NCBI GenBank assembly: GCA_963805625.1
Contig: CAWDVE010000016.1
Span: forward strand, 288,001-352,000
DNA from: an uncultured Candidatus Rokubacteria bacterium
GTDB taxonomy: Bacteria; Methylomirabilota; Methylomirabilia; Rokubacteriales; DASRDR01
Length of the DNA: 64,000 nt
Reading direction: 5' to 3'
Part shown: piece by piece, positions 11,009 through 20,440 of the stretch
Layout of the letters: every line of letters begins with the position of its first letter
Numbering within the stretch: position 1 is the stretch's first letter
Notes under the pieces: model-generated
Told to the model about the DNA's origin: nothing
The model's input: only the letters and a program-made list of their open reading frames with translations
Databases searched by the model: none
Made by a program: the position numbers and the translations under genes

Positions 11009-11515
11009 ATCGATGTCCAAGCGGCTGCATGGCGTTATAGTTTGCATACATTCTCATCTACTTCAATCGGGCATATATACTTTTTACCCTACCTCGGTCA
11101 AATGGCTTTCGGTTAGTATGCAACGGTTTGCGCGCGCTGCAAAAAAGACCTCCAAAGGAGAAGCCAGAAGCATGCAGGAAAAGAAGCGGCCTCTCTTCAG
11201 ACCAGCGTTGACACCCCCCGGGATAGGTGTCCTCGATCTGAACCCCCTTTCACGCGCCCGGGTCGGGTTTCATCAGGGCCCGCCCAACCCTGTGGCGGGA
11301 TTGCTCAAGACCGCGCACAGCGAAAGGCGTCTGGATAACGCCGAGCCCAGGCATGTCCGATCGGAGCCTCGTCCCGAAGCGGGTCTGGAAATCCGTCAAC
11401 GGAGCATCGGGGGTCGCCACCACAGTCCCCATAGGCCTTCGGAGTTCGCTCGAAGCTTCCCGTCAGGTGAGCAGTCCCACATTCGAACAGCGGGGTCGTC
11501 CCTGGCCACCGTAGA

Positions 11516-12445
11516 TTGGAGAAGAATGTGCTCACGCCGCAACGGATCCGCCCCGCGCTGTGGTTGGTATCGCTCGTGCTGGTCGCGGCGCCGAGCCTGA
11601 GCGCCGGCGCACAGCTCACGCTGACATGGACCGACAAGGCGACCAACGAGACTGGCTACCGCGTCGAGCGGAAGACCGGCAGCACTGGCACCTACAGCCA
11701 AATCGCCGTGCTGGGCGCGAACAGCATCAGTTACGTCGATCCCAGCCTCGCCGGATCGACCACGTACTGCTACCGAGTCCGCGCCTACAACGCCGCCGGT
11801 GTATCCACCTACTCCAACGAGGCCTGTGCGACGACCGCGTCGACCGCACTCACGCTCACGGTGAAGCGCTCGGGAACCGGCAACGGGTACGTCTACAGCT
11901 CGCCGACTGGCATCAGCTGTGGCAGCGACTGTAGCCAAAGCTATCCGAGCGGGACCGTGGTCACGCTCACCGCCATGGCGAGCGCAGGCTCCCGCTTCGC
12001 GGGATGGAGCGGCGGCGGATGCAGCGGCACGGGAAAGTGCACGATGAGCGGCAATGTGAGCACGACGATCACGGCGACGTTCACGGTGCTGAGCACGGCC
12101 CGCAGAGCGCCCGCGGAGTTCGGCCAGAGCATCGGCCATCCGACGCTCGCCCGTGCAGTTAGCTCAACGATCTCGACTTGGCCGAGCCGGGAGGCATCGA
12201 TGGGCAGCGCATGGAGATGGCCAGGATCGTATAGACCGGGCTCGCCACTTGGTCGCGCCCGCACGGGTGCTGACCTCATGATGGACGACGGGGTCGCCGC
12301 GCTCTTCGAGGGTCTGGCGCAGGAGAGCGTGCTGGGATCCGGCCGTGCCCCGCTCCGCGTGGGCCATCGGGCCGTCGACAGGTTCCTGGCCGTGGCCATC
12401 CAGCGACGGGCCGACCATGTCCTCAGAGGGGCTTCGAGCGGCTAG
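11516..12445 (+). CDS. Secreted FN3 + InlB-B-repeat-like protein; the C-terminus after about 12090 looks like read-through into unrelated DNA
   Basis: Signal peptide, LTWTD..YCYRVRAYN..YSNEAC (FN3), GISCGSDC..FAGWSGGGCSGTGKC. Confidence 0.7.
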   Translation: MEKNVLTPQRIRPALWLVSLVLVAAPSLSAGAQLTLTWTDKATNETGYRVERKTGSTGTYSQIAVLGANSISYVDPSLAGSTTYCYRVRAYNAAGVSTYSNEACATTASTALTLTVKRSGTGNGYVYSSPTGISCGSDCSQSYPSGTVVTLTAMASAGSRFAGWSGGGCSGTGKCTMSGNVSTTITATFTVLSTARRAPAEFGQSIGHPTLARAVSSTISTWPSREASMGSAWRWPGSYRPGSPLGRARTGADLMMDDGVAALFEGLAQESVLGSGRAPLRVGHRAVDRFLAVAIQRRADHVLRGASSG

Positions 12446-12479
12446 CTGCCCTTGCGCGCCCTGGGGGCTCCGATCCCTG

Positions 12480-12740
12480 GCCACGAACGGGCGCCGCGCT
12501 CGGAATGCTGCCCGCGAGCTTGGTGAGCGCGGCCTCGTACTCGGCCACGGCCGCGTCGGTGCTCCGCTCCTCGGCCGTCCGCCGTCCGCCTGGGTCTCGA
12601 CGTACGCTAGGGCCAGCCCCTCGTGCTCCGACGGGATCACGACGACATCGGCGAGATTCAGATAGTCGACCATACCCGCGCGTGCTCGACCCATCCCACG
12701 AAGCGGAACCGGTGCCGGATCCCATCGGAGTTAGAGGCCC
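12480..12740 (-). pseudogene. Glycosyltransferase family 4 C-terminal fragment
   Basis: RFRFVGWVEHAR / DYLNLADVVVIPSEHEGLALAYVETQA across a frameshift. Confidence 0.65.
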
Positions 12741-12769
12741 CCTCCATTGCCGCACGGCTCTGTCCGTCG

Positions 12770-13320
12770 CCCAGACAACAACCTGACACGCAAGGTCTCG
12801 CTCGCCGACGCGGACTACATCGCAATGGTGAAGGGCCTGGTCGCGGGCGCGACGAACGCCGCGCTTGCACTCGCCGCCGGCGCGAAGCCGCCGGCGCTTG
12901 GCACCGTGCTCGGCGCGGGCATCATCGGGTTTCTCGGCTACGGCGTGAGCCTGGCGTTGTTCGTGCTCGCCCTGCGCCAGCTTGGCACGGCGCGCACCGG
13001 CGCCTATTTTTCGACTGCGCCATTTGCGGGCGCCGTCATCGCCGTTGCGCTCCTCCGAGAGCCGCTGACCACGACGCTCGCGATTGCCGCGGTCCTGATG
13101 GCCGTGGGCGTCTGGCTGCACCTTACCGAGCGGCGCAAGCACCGGCACGCGCACGAGCCCGTGGAGCACACCCACGAGCACGGGCATGACGCGCATCATC
13201 AGCACGCCCACGGCGAGCCGGTCGCTCCGGGAACGCGGCACACGCACACACACTGGCATGAGCATTGACGCACTCGCATCCCCACTATCCGGACGCGCAT
13301 CACCGCCACGGCCACCGCTC
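12770..13320 (+). pseudogene. 5'-truncated EamA/DMT transporter with His-rich tail
   Basis: DNNLTRKVS..GYGVSL..LGTARTGAYFSTAPF..HLTE; the His tail continues after a frameshift (THSHPHYPDAHHRHGH). Confidence 0.8.
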
Positions 13321-13423
13321 CTGGTCGGGCGACAGTCGTTTCTGGGAGGCCGAACCCGAACATTGACCCACCCGCCCGGGGGCTCTGATCTCCCGCCATG
13401 GCCCGACTAACGGTCAAATGCAC

Positions 13424-13790
13424 GCGGGATTTCAGATCCCGCCCCTGCCACACAAGGTGAGCTCGACATTTCTGCGGGATTTCAGCGCGCCAGGCTCACC
13501 ACTTTGCCACATTGCCCGGCACGACTCGGCATTCCGGGGCACCCTGGGGCACTCATGAGTCGTCGCGGACGGCGCTGGGTCGGCCCCACGGAACCCCCCG
13601 CACGAGCGAAGAAATCCCGCGCTGGATGTGGTACCCTGCGGGTCCGGGGCCGACGTAGCTCAGTTGGTAGAGCAGTCGATTCGTAATCGACAGGTCATCG
13701 GTTCAAGTCCGATCGTCGGCTCCAGTCTTTCCAGCACTTCCACCACGCCGCTCCCGCCATCGATCGAAACTGTGCGGGATTTGTGCGGGT
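13424..13790. repeat. GCGGGATTT motif repeated four times around the tRNA (possible integrase arm-type sites)
   Basis: Copies at 13424, 13474, 13611 (inverted) and 13774; TGTGCGGG direct pair at 13771/13782; the 13424 copy forms a hairpin. Confidence 0.45.
13649..13724 (+). tRNA. tRNA-Thr(CGT)
   Basis: 76-nt cloverleaf GCCGACG..CGTCGGC-T-CCA; anticodon arm GTCGA-TTCGTAA-TCGAC; T-loop TTCAAGT. Confidence 0.97.
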
Positions 13791-13796
13791 GCGCCC

Positions 13797-14996
13797 TCAC
13801 CGGCCGGTGTCGGCGGCGTTCTGGATCCGCGTGACGGTTCCGGCGGGTCGGATCGCTAGGCTGGCCTGGGTTCGAGCGAGCGCCTCGCGGAGGTCGTCTT
13901 CGGCCACGATCCGGTAGCGCCGATACACACTCGCCGTCTTGTGCCCGCTGAGGGCCATGGCCACGGCCTGGCTGACTCCGGCGCGATCCATGTTCCGCAC
14001 GGCCGACCGCCGGAGGTCGTGGAAGAGGGTCCCGGACACCCCGGCCGCCGCGCAGGCGGTCTCCCACGCCTTCCGGAAATCGCCGACCGGCTGGCCGTCG
14101 CGGTGAAAGACGAGCGGGGACAGCGCCGACGTTCCATCGGGCGTCTGATACTCGCGCGCTGCCCAGCGGCGCTCGATGAGGGCGGCTAGGTTCCCGAGGA
14201 GCGGGAGGACGCGTGGCTCGCCGTTCTTAGAGTGCTCGCGTCGCAGCACAATGCGCTCGCCACCCCGGTCCACGTCGGGCCACCCGAGCGTCTGCACCTC
14301 ACCCTTGCGCCAGCCAGAGAGATAGGCGAACTGGGCCACGTCCTGGAGATCCGCCGGTAGCACCGACACCACCCGCTCGAAGGCGGCGGGCTCGAGGAAG
14401 CCCTGCCGGGCGGCGGTTTCCTTGAGAAGCTCGACCGCGGGCGCCACACTCAGGCGTTTCTGGCGCACGGCCAGTCGGAACGCGCGGATGAGCGCCGCGA
14501 GCTCGCGGTTCACTGTGGCGGGGGACACGCGGCGCTTGCCGATCCCGTAGCGCGTCCGGATGAGGCTGGCGAGTCGATCGGCCTTGTACCGTTCGATCCG
14601 GGCCTCGGTGACGTCGATGGCGCGGTCCTCGCCAAAGGTGGCGCGGAGCGGGCGGAGGCGCCAGCGGAGCCCACGCGCGGAGCGGCGCCTGTTGTTCTGG
14701 TAGTCCAGCTCCAGGGCAACGAATAGCTCCTCCATCCGGACCTTGTCCTCGCCGAACACGAACCGGCCGCGGCCGATCTCTTTCCAACGCTTCTTCAGCT
14801 TCCGCCAGGCGTCCACCTCGCGTTCGCTCTTGGTCGACTCGCGGTAATCCCGCCCCTGGTGGCTATATCGAATCGACCAGATGCGTCCGCGCCGGTAGGC
14901 ATACCCGAAGCCATGGGGGATGCTCTTTGGGCGCGCGGTATCAGCGTCGGGCTCGATCGGCGTCTCGGGGTCAGTGCGGAGTTGCTCGTCGCTCAT
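13797..14996 (-). CDS. int: Tyrosine recombinase / phage-type integrase
   Basis: SGWRKGE, SKNG, FHDLRR, GHKT..YRRY catalytic residues; N-terminal arm-binding-like region. Confidence 0.93.
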   Translation of the reverse strand: MSDEQLRTDPETPIEPDADTARPKSIPHGFGYAYRRGRIWSIRYSHQGRDYRESTKSEREVDAWRKLKKRWKEIGRGRFVFGEDKVRMEELFVALELDYQNNRRRSARGLRWRLRPLRATFGEDRAIDVTEARIERYKADRLASLIRTRYGIGKRRVSPATVNRELAALIRAFRLAVRQKRLSVAPAVELLKETAARQGFLEPAAFERVVSVLPADLQDVAQFAYLSGWRKGEVQTLGWPDVDRGGERIVLRREHSKNGEPRVLPLLGNLAALIERRWAAREYQTPDGTSALSPLVFHRDGQPVGDFRKAWETACAAAGVSGTLFHDLRRSAVRNMDRAGVSQAVAMALSGHKTASVYRRYRIVAEDDLREALARTQASLAIRPAGTVTRIQNAADTGR

Positions 14997-15214
14997 GATC
15001 GAGCTCCCTTCCGCTTGGGCCGCGGCGTCTTCGGGATGAGATCCCGCACGGTGATCCCGAGCGCGCTCGCGAGCTTCTCCAAGGTGTCCAGGGTGGGGCT
15101 CATCTTGCCGGCCTCGATGCGCTGGACAGTGACGTAGGAGACGCCGGACTCCGCTCCGAGCTTCCGCAAGGACCAGCCGCGCCGCTCACGCCATCGGCGG
15201 AGGAGTGTGTCCAT
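14993..15214 (-). CDS. XRE-family HTH regulator
   Basis: LRRWRERRGWSLRKLGAESGVSYVTVQRIEAGKMSPTLDTLEKLA; stop overlaps the int start. Confidence 0.88.
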   Translation of the reverse strand: MDTLLRRWRERRGWSLRKLGAESGVSYVTVQRIEAGKMSPTLDTLEKLASALGITVRDLIPKTPRPKRKGARS

Positions 15215-15254
15215 GCCGACGATGTTAGCTGATGCGCTCTCGTTAGTCAATGAG

Positions 15255-15614
15255 CTATCGACCCTGGCGAGCCTGGATATACCGCTCGATCCCGTGGGCG
15301 GAAAAGCGAAGGGATCGCCCAAGCCGGACGGTGAAGGGAATTTTGCCGGCGCGGCGGTAGAGCCAGTCGGGGGAGACGCCGAGCCGCCGGGCCGCCTCGT
15401 CCACGTCGAGAAGCCGTTCGTGGTCCGGGACCTCCGACGGGGGGATCGCCGGGGAGGGCACGACGGCTAGCGCCGCAAGGGCCGCGAGGGCACGGAGCAC
15501 GAGCGCCTGGCGAGCCTCCAGCGGCAGCGTCCCGGCCCTTGTCGGGTCGGCCGCGAGCTCGTCGAGGGTAGGGACGGCCGACAGGCTCACGCGGGCCGCG
15601 GTCAAATGCGTCAC
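15255..15614 (-). CDS. Excisionase-like HTH (HTH_17/AlpA-like) protein
   Basis: LLDVDEAARRLGVSPDWLYR..IPFTVRLGRSLRF; GAGG RBS before GTG 15614. Confidence 0.82.
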   Translation of the reverse strand: MTHLTAARVSLSAVPTLDELAADPTRAGTLPLEARQALVLRALAALAALAVVPSPAIPPSEVPDHERLLDVDEAARRLGVSPDWLYRRAGKIPFTVRLGRSLRFSAHGIERYIQARQGR

Positions 15615-16030
15615 CGCAGTTCCTCGATCCGGCCTCGGATTGCCAGTTGCCGAAGCGCTTGCCGCGAAGTCGGGCTCCCGGAGCTCCAGAATCCCGGTTT
15701 GGCGGTCAGAGCCGTACACTCGCCCGCGCCATCCGAAGCGGCGGCCCGGTGGGCTGACCCGGAACCGCCAAGGGCCAGCGTCGCCCCCTGGAGCGTATCG
15801 GACTGAGCGGTAGTCTCCTCACCGCGGCGCTGCCGACTGAGCGCCGCCCGGCACCGTGGCGAGCAGGCGGTCCGCTGACGACCGGATAGCGGCCGGCCAC
15901 AGGCGCCGCAGCAGGACCCCTCCACAAGCGCACGCTCGGGTTCTGTGCCCTTCTCGTCGGCTGGGCCAGGGGAAGCCACCCGGAATGGGCTCACTTGGGC
16001 TTCAGCGGGCGTCGGCGGGTCGCTCATCAT
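15611..16030 (-). CDS. Hypothetical protein with a C4 zinc finger
   Basis: CGACGRPLSGRQRTACSPRCR; stop overlaps the xis start. Confidence 0.5.
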   Translation of the reverse strand: MMSDPPTPAEAQVSPFRVASPGPADEKGTEPERALVEGSCCGACGRPLSGRQRTACSPRCRAALSRQRRGEETTAQSDTLQGATLALGGSGSAHRAAASDGAGECTALTAKPGFWSSGSPTSRQALRQLAIRGRIEELR

Positions 16031-16216
16031 CGGGTCCGGACCCTATCGTCGGGAAGGGGACGAGCGCGGGACCATCGCCACCGCGCCGTCCATCGCCAGC
16101 TTGGCCATCGCCACGGTGTAGGCGACGGACGGCGACAAGGTCAGCCCGATGAGAGGTGGAGCACCCGCGGGCGTTGCATCCCACGTTGTTCTGACCCGGG
16201 GGCAGGGACTGACCGG

Positions 16217-17188
16217 TCATGGGGCTTCCGAGCGGGCGGCCGCCTCGACGAACCGCCCCAGCCGCCTCTGGAAGAGGTAGGCCCCCTCGGTTGCTTGGCC
16301 ATGGCGGTTTTTGGCCAGGTAGAGGCGGACGAGCAACGGGTCCTTCTGCTCCGGGCGGTCCTCGGCGGTCCAGAGGAACAGGATCGCGTCGGCCTCCTCC
16401 TCCACGTTCCCGCTGTCCCGGAGGTCGGCCAACCGCGGCCGCGGGGAGTCCCGGCGCTCGACGTCCCGGTTGAGTTGGTGCAAAGCGACGATCGGGACGC
16501 CGAGTTGTTTGGCGGTCGCCTTGAGCCCCTGTGCGAGCTCCCCGACTTCGAGGTAGCGGCTGTCCCGGCGCGTGCCTCGCATCTTGCCGAGGTGGTCGAC
16601 GAAGACCGCCTGCGCGCCATGTCGGATCACGGCGCGGCGGATCTGCGCCGCGGCAGCCGCGACGGTCGGCGCCGTGGCATCCCAGAGATGGAAGCGACTG
16701 CGGGCGATTGCCTCCAGCACCTTCGGCAGTTCGCCAGGTGCGTACCGGCCGGCTCGGAGGTCCTGGGTGCTCTTGCCCAGCATCAACCCCTGGAGGCGCA
16801 GGCCGATCTCCTCGGTCCGCATCTCCAGGGTCGCGAAGAGCACCGGGTGCCGCCCCACCACGCTCAACTGGTGGGCGAGCTGGAGGCCCAGGGCGGTCTT
16901 CCCCATCCCGGGGCGCCCCGCGATGACCACGAGGTTCCCGCGTCGCAACCCGTCGCACGCTTCGTCCAAGATCCGAAGTCCCGTGGGCAGCCCTGGATCG
17001 GCCGGGGCCGCGACCATGAAGGCGGCAAACTGCTCAGGCGTGAGGATCCCGCTCGCCGTGCGCGAAGTCTCTAAGTCGAGCAGCGCGCTCACGATCGTCG
17101 CGACGACCGCGGTCGTCGTGGCGGACCCGTCCGATTCGGCCGCCTGAATGGTCAGCTCGCGCCCGATCTGGCGCACGCGCGGGGGCAT
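16217..17188 (-). CDS. DnaB-like replicative helicase, C-terminal ATPase domain only
   Basis: GRPGMGKT, TLEM, VFVDHL, QLNR, DLRDSGNVEEEAD, KNRHG; no DnaB N-terminal domain. Confidence 0.88.
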   Translation of the reverse strand: MPPRVRQIGRELTIQAAESDGSATTTAVVATIVSALLDLETSRTASGILTPEQFAAFMVAAPADPGLPTGLRILDEACDGLRRGNLVVIAGRPGMGKTALGLQLAHQLSVVGRHPVLFATLEMRTEEIGLRLQGLMLGKSTQDLRAGRYAPGELPKVLEAIARSRFHLWDATAPTVAAAAAQIRRAVIRHGAQAVFVDHLGKMRGTRRDSRYLEVGELAQGLKATAKQLGVPIVALHQLNRDVERRDSPRPRLADLRDSGNVEEEADAILFLWTAEDRPEQKDPLLVRLYLAKNRHGQATEGAYLFQRRLGRFVEAAARSEAP

Positions 17189-17197
17189 TCTCGTCGT

Positions 17198-17434
17198 CTA
17201 CTCCAGCCGCGCCGTCACCGGCACGCCGAGCCGTCGCCGCGTCCGAGCCCACAGGGTCGTACTGGCCTTACGCGACAGGCCGACCGTCCCCGCGAAAACG
17301 AGAAAGCCGGCCTCGTCGTTCGCCCGCGCCAGATCGACCAGCGCCATCGCGGGCTCGGTGTGGAGCCCGCCGGCCACGAGCACAAGAGCCGCCACCACGA
17401 ACGACACCACCTCCGCGCGCGTCGGCAGGATCAC
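17198..17434 (-). CDS. Small hydrophobic hypothetical protein
   Basis: 78 aa with hydrophobic segments, co-oriented with the helicase. Confidence 0.35.
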   Translation of the reverse strand: MILPTRAEVVSFVVAALVLVAGGLHTEPAMALVDLARANDEAGFLVFAGTVGLSRKASTTLWARTRRRLGVPVTARLE

Positions 17435-17469
17435 GGCTTCTTGACTTCCATCTCTCCGGTGGAGTCTAG

Positions 17470-17742
17470 CGGTCGCCCTGCAGGGAGACGGTGAAGGCCC
17501 GAACGCCGGCCCCGACGTACTCGGGGAGGACGGCCAGGAAACTCGTCCGTGTTCGCCTCGGGGTCAAAGCTCGGCAATGTGGTGTCCTCGAAGACGGCAT
17601 TCACCATCCGCACGTTCATCAGCCGGCCTTTCGCGTCCGCCCCGGGGTAGGTCACTCTCTCGTTGATGTAGAAGTGCGATCCGACGATGCTCACGTGGGT
17701 GCCGCCCGATGAGGACGGCGCGGCCGTCGGCGACAACGTCAA
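17470..17742 (-). pseudogene. Frameshifted, truncated continuation of the FN3 gene (glycoside-hydrolase-like N-terminus)
   Basis: THVSIVGSHFYINERVTYPG..GRLMNVRMVNAVFED..FDPEANTDEF / LAVLPEYVGAGVRAFTVSLQG; restoring one A at about 17748 fuses it to the upstream ORF. Confidence 0.55.
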
Positions 17743-19109
17743 GGTCGTTGGTCAACGACCGTGAAGCTCTGCGTCTTCGCGGTGCCACGTGTCCCCCCCG
17801 CGGAGGCCTGCGTGTACGGGGTGGCGGTCACGCTGTGGGTGCCGAGCGACGGCGTCCAGGCGGTGTAGTTGTCCCCGGCGCCGCCGGCGAGCGCGTACGG
17901 GTTCTCGTTCTCTATCCGGTAGTTCGCGTTGCTGTCATACCCGAACCGCACGCTGCCGACGGTGGACGGCGCAGTGTTCGCGCGGATGTTGAGTCTTCGG
18001 GTCGGCAGCGTGGCGAGGTTCAGCGTGGCGCCGTTCGGCAAGGGATCGTACCCGGGGATGGGCGCGTCGGTATCGGCGTTGATGAGGGTCAAGCTCACCA
18101 CCGTCGGCGACAACGTCGTTTGGTCAACGACCGTGAAGCTCTGCGTCTTCGCGGTGCCACGTGTCCCCCCCGCGGAGGCCTGCGTGTACGGGGTGGCGGT
18201 CACGCTGTGGGTGCCGAGCGACGGCGTCCAGGCGGTGTAGTTGTCCCCGGCGCCGCCGGCGAGCGCGTACGGGTTCTCGTTCTCTATCCGGTAGTTCGCG
18301 TTGCTGTCATACCCGAACCGCACGCTGCCGACGGTGGACGGCGCAGTGTTCGCGCGGATGTTGAGTCTTCGGGTCGGCAGCGTGGCGAGGTTCAGCGTGG
18401 CGCCGTTCGGCAAGGGATCGTACCCGGGGATGGGCGCGTCGGTATCGGCGTTGATGAGGGTCAAGCTCACCACACTCTGGGTCTGCGTCGTGGGAGGAGA
18501 AGCCGCGGTGAAGGTCGCGCCGACCGTGACGGGCGCGTTGCCCGTGAACGTGCACGGGGCCGTGCCGGTGCACCCGCCGCCGCTCCAGCCGCCGAACGTC
18601 GAGCCACTTACGGCCGTGGCAGACACCGTGACCACCGTGCCGCTCGAGTACGTCTCGACGCAGTCCGTGCCGCAGCTGATTCCGGTCGGGTTACTGGTCA
18701 CGGTTCCCTGGCCGGTTCCACCGACGCTCACCGTGACGGCAAGGCCGCTCGCCGTGTCTCCGCAGGCTTCGTTCGAGTACGGTGACGACCCAGCGTCGTC
18801 GTACGCCTGGACCCGGTAGCAGTAGGTGATCCCGGCGGTGACGGTCCCGTCCGTGTATCCAGTGACGCCGGGAGGCTGTTGGACGAGATCTATGTATCCG
18901 GTGTCTGTACTGACTCGCCGCTGCACATTGACGGCGGCCTGTCCTCCCGAGTTGTCGACCCACGTCAACTGGAGCTGACCGGCGACGGCCGCCTGGCTTG
19001 TGAGGGCGACCACTAGCGCCAGCAGGGTCGCGCCCACGTCGAGTCGGGCGCGGCGGCCGGAGTGTTGGAATGATCGGACGACTCGCGATCCGCGGACATC
19101 CATGGGCAT
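17739..19109 (-). CDS. Secreted FN3 + InlB-B-repeat-like + 2x Ig-like repeat surface protein
   Basis: Signal peptide, LQLTWVDN..YCYRVQAY..YSNEAC, GISCGTDC..FGGWSGGGC, two identical ~118-aa domains. Confidence 0.8.
   Translation of the reverse strand: MPMDVRGSRVVRSFQHSGRRARLDVGATLLALVVALTSQAAVAGQLQLTWVDNSGGQAAVNVQRRVSTDTGYIDLVQQPPGVTGYTDGTVTAGITYCYRVQAYDDAGSSPYSNEACGDTASGLAVTVSVGGTGQGTVTSNPTGISCGTDCVETYSSGTVVTVSATAVSGSTFGGWSGGGCTGTAPCTFTGNAPVTVGATFTAASPPTTQTQSVVSLTLINADTDAPIPGYDPLPNGATLNLATLPTRRLNIRANTAPSTVGSVRFGYDSNANYRIENENPYALAGGAGDNYTAWTPSLGTHSVTATPYTQASAGGTRGTAKTQSFTVVDQTTLSPTVVSLTLINADTDAPIPGYDPLPNGATLNLATLPTRRLNIRANTAPSTVGSVRFGYDSNANYRIENENPYALAGGAGDNYTAWTPSLGTHSVTATPYTQASAGGTRGTAKTQSFTVVDQRP
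17748..18473. repeat. Intragenic tandem duplication, 354-bp units, period 372 bp
   Basis: 17748-18101 matches 18120-18473 with no mismatch seen by eye; ORF translations are identical. Confidence 0.95.
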
Positions 19110-19163
19110 CCCCTCCCGTTAGAACGGTAGACAGCGATCGCGGGGAGCCCTTCGTCCAACCCT

Positions 19164-19248
19164 TCTTCGGCAGCCTGGCTGCTAAGCGCCATCGCTTGGC
19201 CCATGGCTTTGCGTCCCCGCCTCACGACGGGTTTGCCTTTATCGGGAA
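19164..19248 (-). ncRNA. Cyclic di-GMP-I (GEMM-I) riboswitch
   Basis: Minus strand GATAAAGGCAAACCCGTC-GTGA-GGCGGGGACGCAAAGCCATGGGCC..AGCCAGGCTGCCGAA matches the GEMM-I core (GNRA loop, GACGCAAAGC); lies in the 5' leader of the FN3 gene. Confidence 0.9.
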
Positions 19249-19764
19249 GGGTTCCCACTACCGTAAAGCTGCGGCAAGTCAGTGCAAGGAATGTACAATC
19301 TTCGACAATGGGGTGGGGTCGCTTAAATTAGCTCAAGAGTACGGCTAGTTAGGACCGACCGTCCAGTTTCGACCACAGCCAGCTGAGTAAGATTCACTCG
19401 AGAAGGTGGGTCAAAATGGCCGTGCGGGGCATCTTCGTGTCAGCCGCCGAGTTTACACGATCCGCCCAGCGATCGAGTCCGTTGTCCCGTCACCGCTCCT
19501 GGCGGTGTCATGGATCGTCTGATCCGGTCTCTGACCTCCGTCGGCGTCAGCGACGGGACCCAGGGATACGCCAGCGCCATCAGCTCGGCCCGCCCGCCGC
19601 GATGGCGCGGGCCAGGGCGGCTGGCTCGGCTCGCAGGAGTATGATCGCTTTTCCAATCTCTGGCGTTGACAGCGGCCGCCGGTTTTCCAGGGCATTCAGG
19701 AGTCCCGGGATCAACGTCCCGAGGCGTCCCTCGAGCGCAGCGTGCCTCTCGTGCGTGGCGAGGC

Positions 19765-20116
19765 AGTCCTTCGCCAGAACCTCATCCGACTCGGTTGACG
19801 ACGGCCGACGCTCTCGTGAGAGGCGAAGGAACGCCAGGAGAGCCTGGACAGGGGGTGGGAAGCAGGGCAGTCAGGAGTCGGGCCTGCTACGGAATGAGGT
19901 GGGGTGGAGTGTGGACTGGGATCGCGAGCGGTCTGACGGCGGGAAGGTCCCGGGGCGTGACGGCTGGTGGGGGCTGACTCAGGCCGCTCGCCGGACGTAG
20001 CGATGATGCAGACACCGACTTCGGGACTCGAAACCACCGTGCCCATCGCCGGGCGCTCGATGGGCCTGGCGTCCGGCGGATCCTTCTCCAGTGAGAGGTG
20101 AGTTCGAACGCCATGA
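19765..20116 (-). mobile_element. 3' part of an IS481-like (rve/integrase-core) element
   Basis: Near-identical to 58524-58877; terminal GTCCTTCGCCAGAACCTCATCC; encodes RTHLSLEKD..LHHRYVRRAA. Confidence 0.85.
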
Positions 20117-20199
20117 CATTACGTCAAGGCACTGGGTACATAATGATAGTGACATGTCATCCCGCCGCCGGTCCCCCGAGGATGCCAAAGCCGCGGCCC

Positions 20200-20440
20200 T
20201 CCGCGTGAAGAAAGCCCACGCCGGGGCGCTGCGGGCCCGCGAGCAGCATCGTGCCTCGCAGGTCGAGGATCGAGCCACGGCGATCCGCGCCGAGGGAGAT
20301 CGTCCGGCGGCTGCCGGTGGCGTTCCACGAGCCTCCGAATTCCAGCCACTCACCGGCTGCTCCCTGCGGTTTCGGCCCCTCCGTCGCCGGCCCGCCGGCC
20401 GTCGCTGCAAGGGCCAGGGCGAGCAGTGCGTGACGCCACG
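20200..20440 (-). pseudogene. N-terminal fragment of a secreted hypothetical protein
   Basis: ALLALALAA..EWLEFGGSWNATGSRRTISLGADRRGSILDLRGTMLLAGPQRPGVGF, then coding character is lost. Confidence 0.35.

Noticed and set aside
17748-18473. Repeat pair as a DGR template/variable region
   Set aside because: Copies look identical with no adenine-specific differences, and there is no reverse transcriptase in the window
19164-19248. cGAMP-sensing GEMM-Ib variant
   Set aside because: The discriminating position reads G, not A
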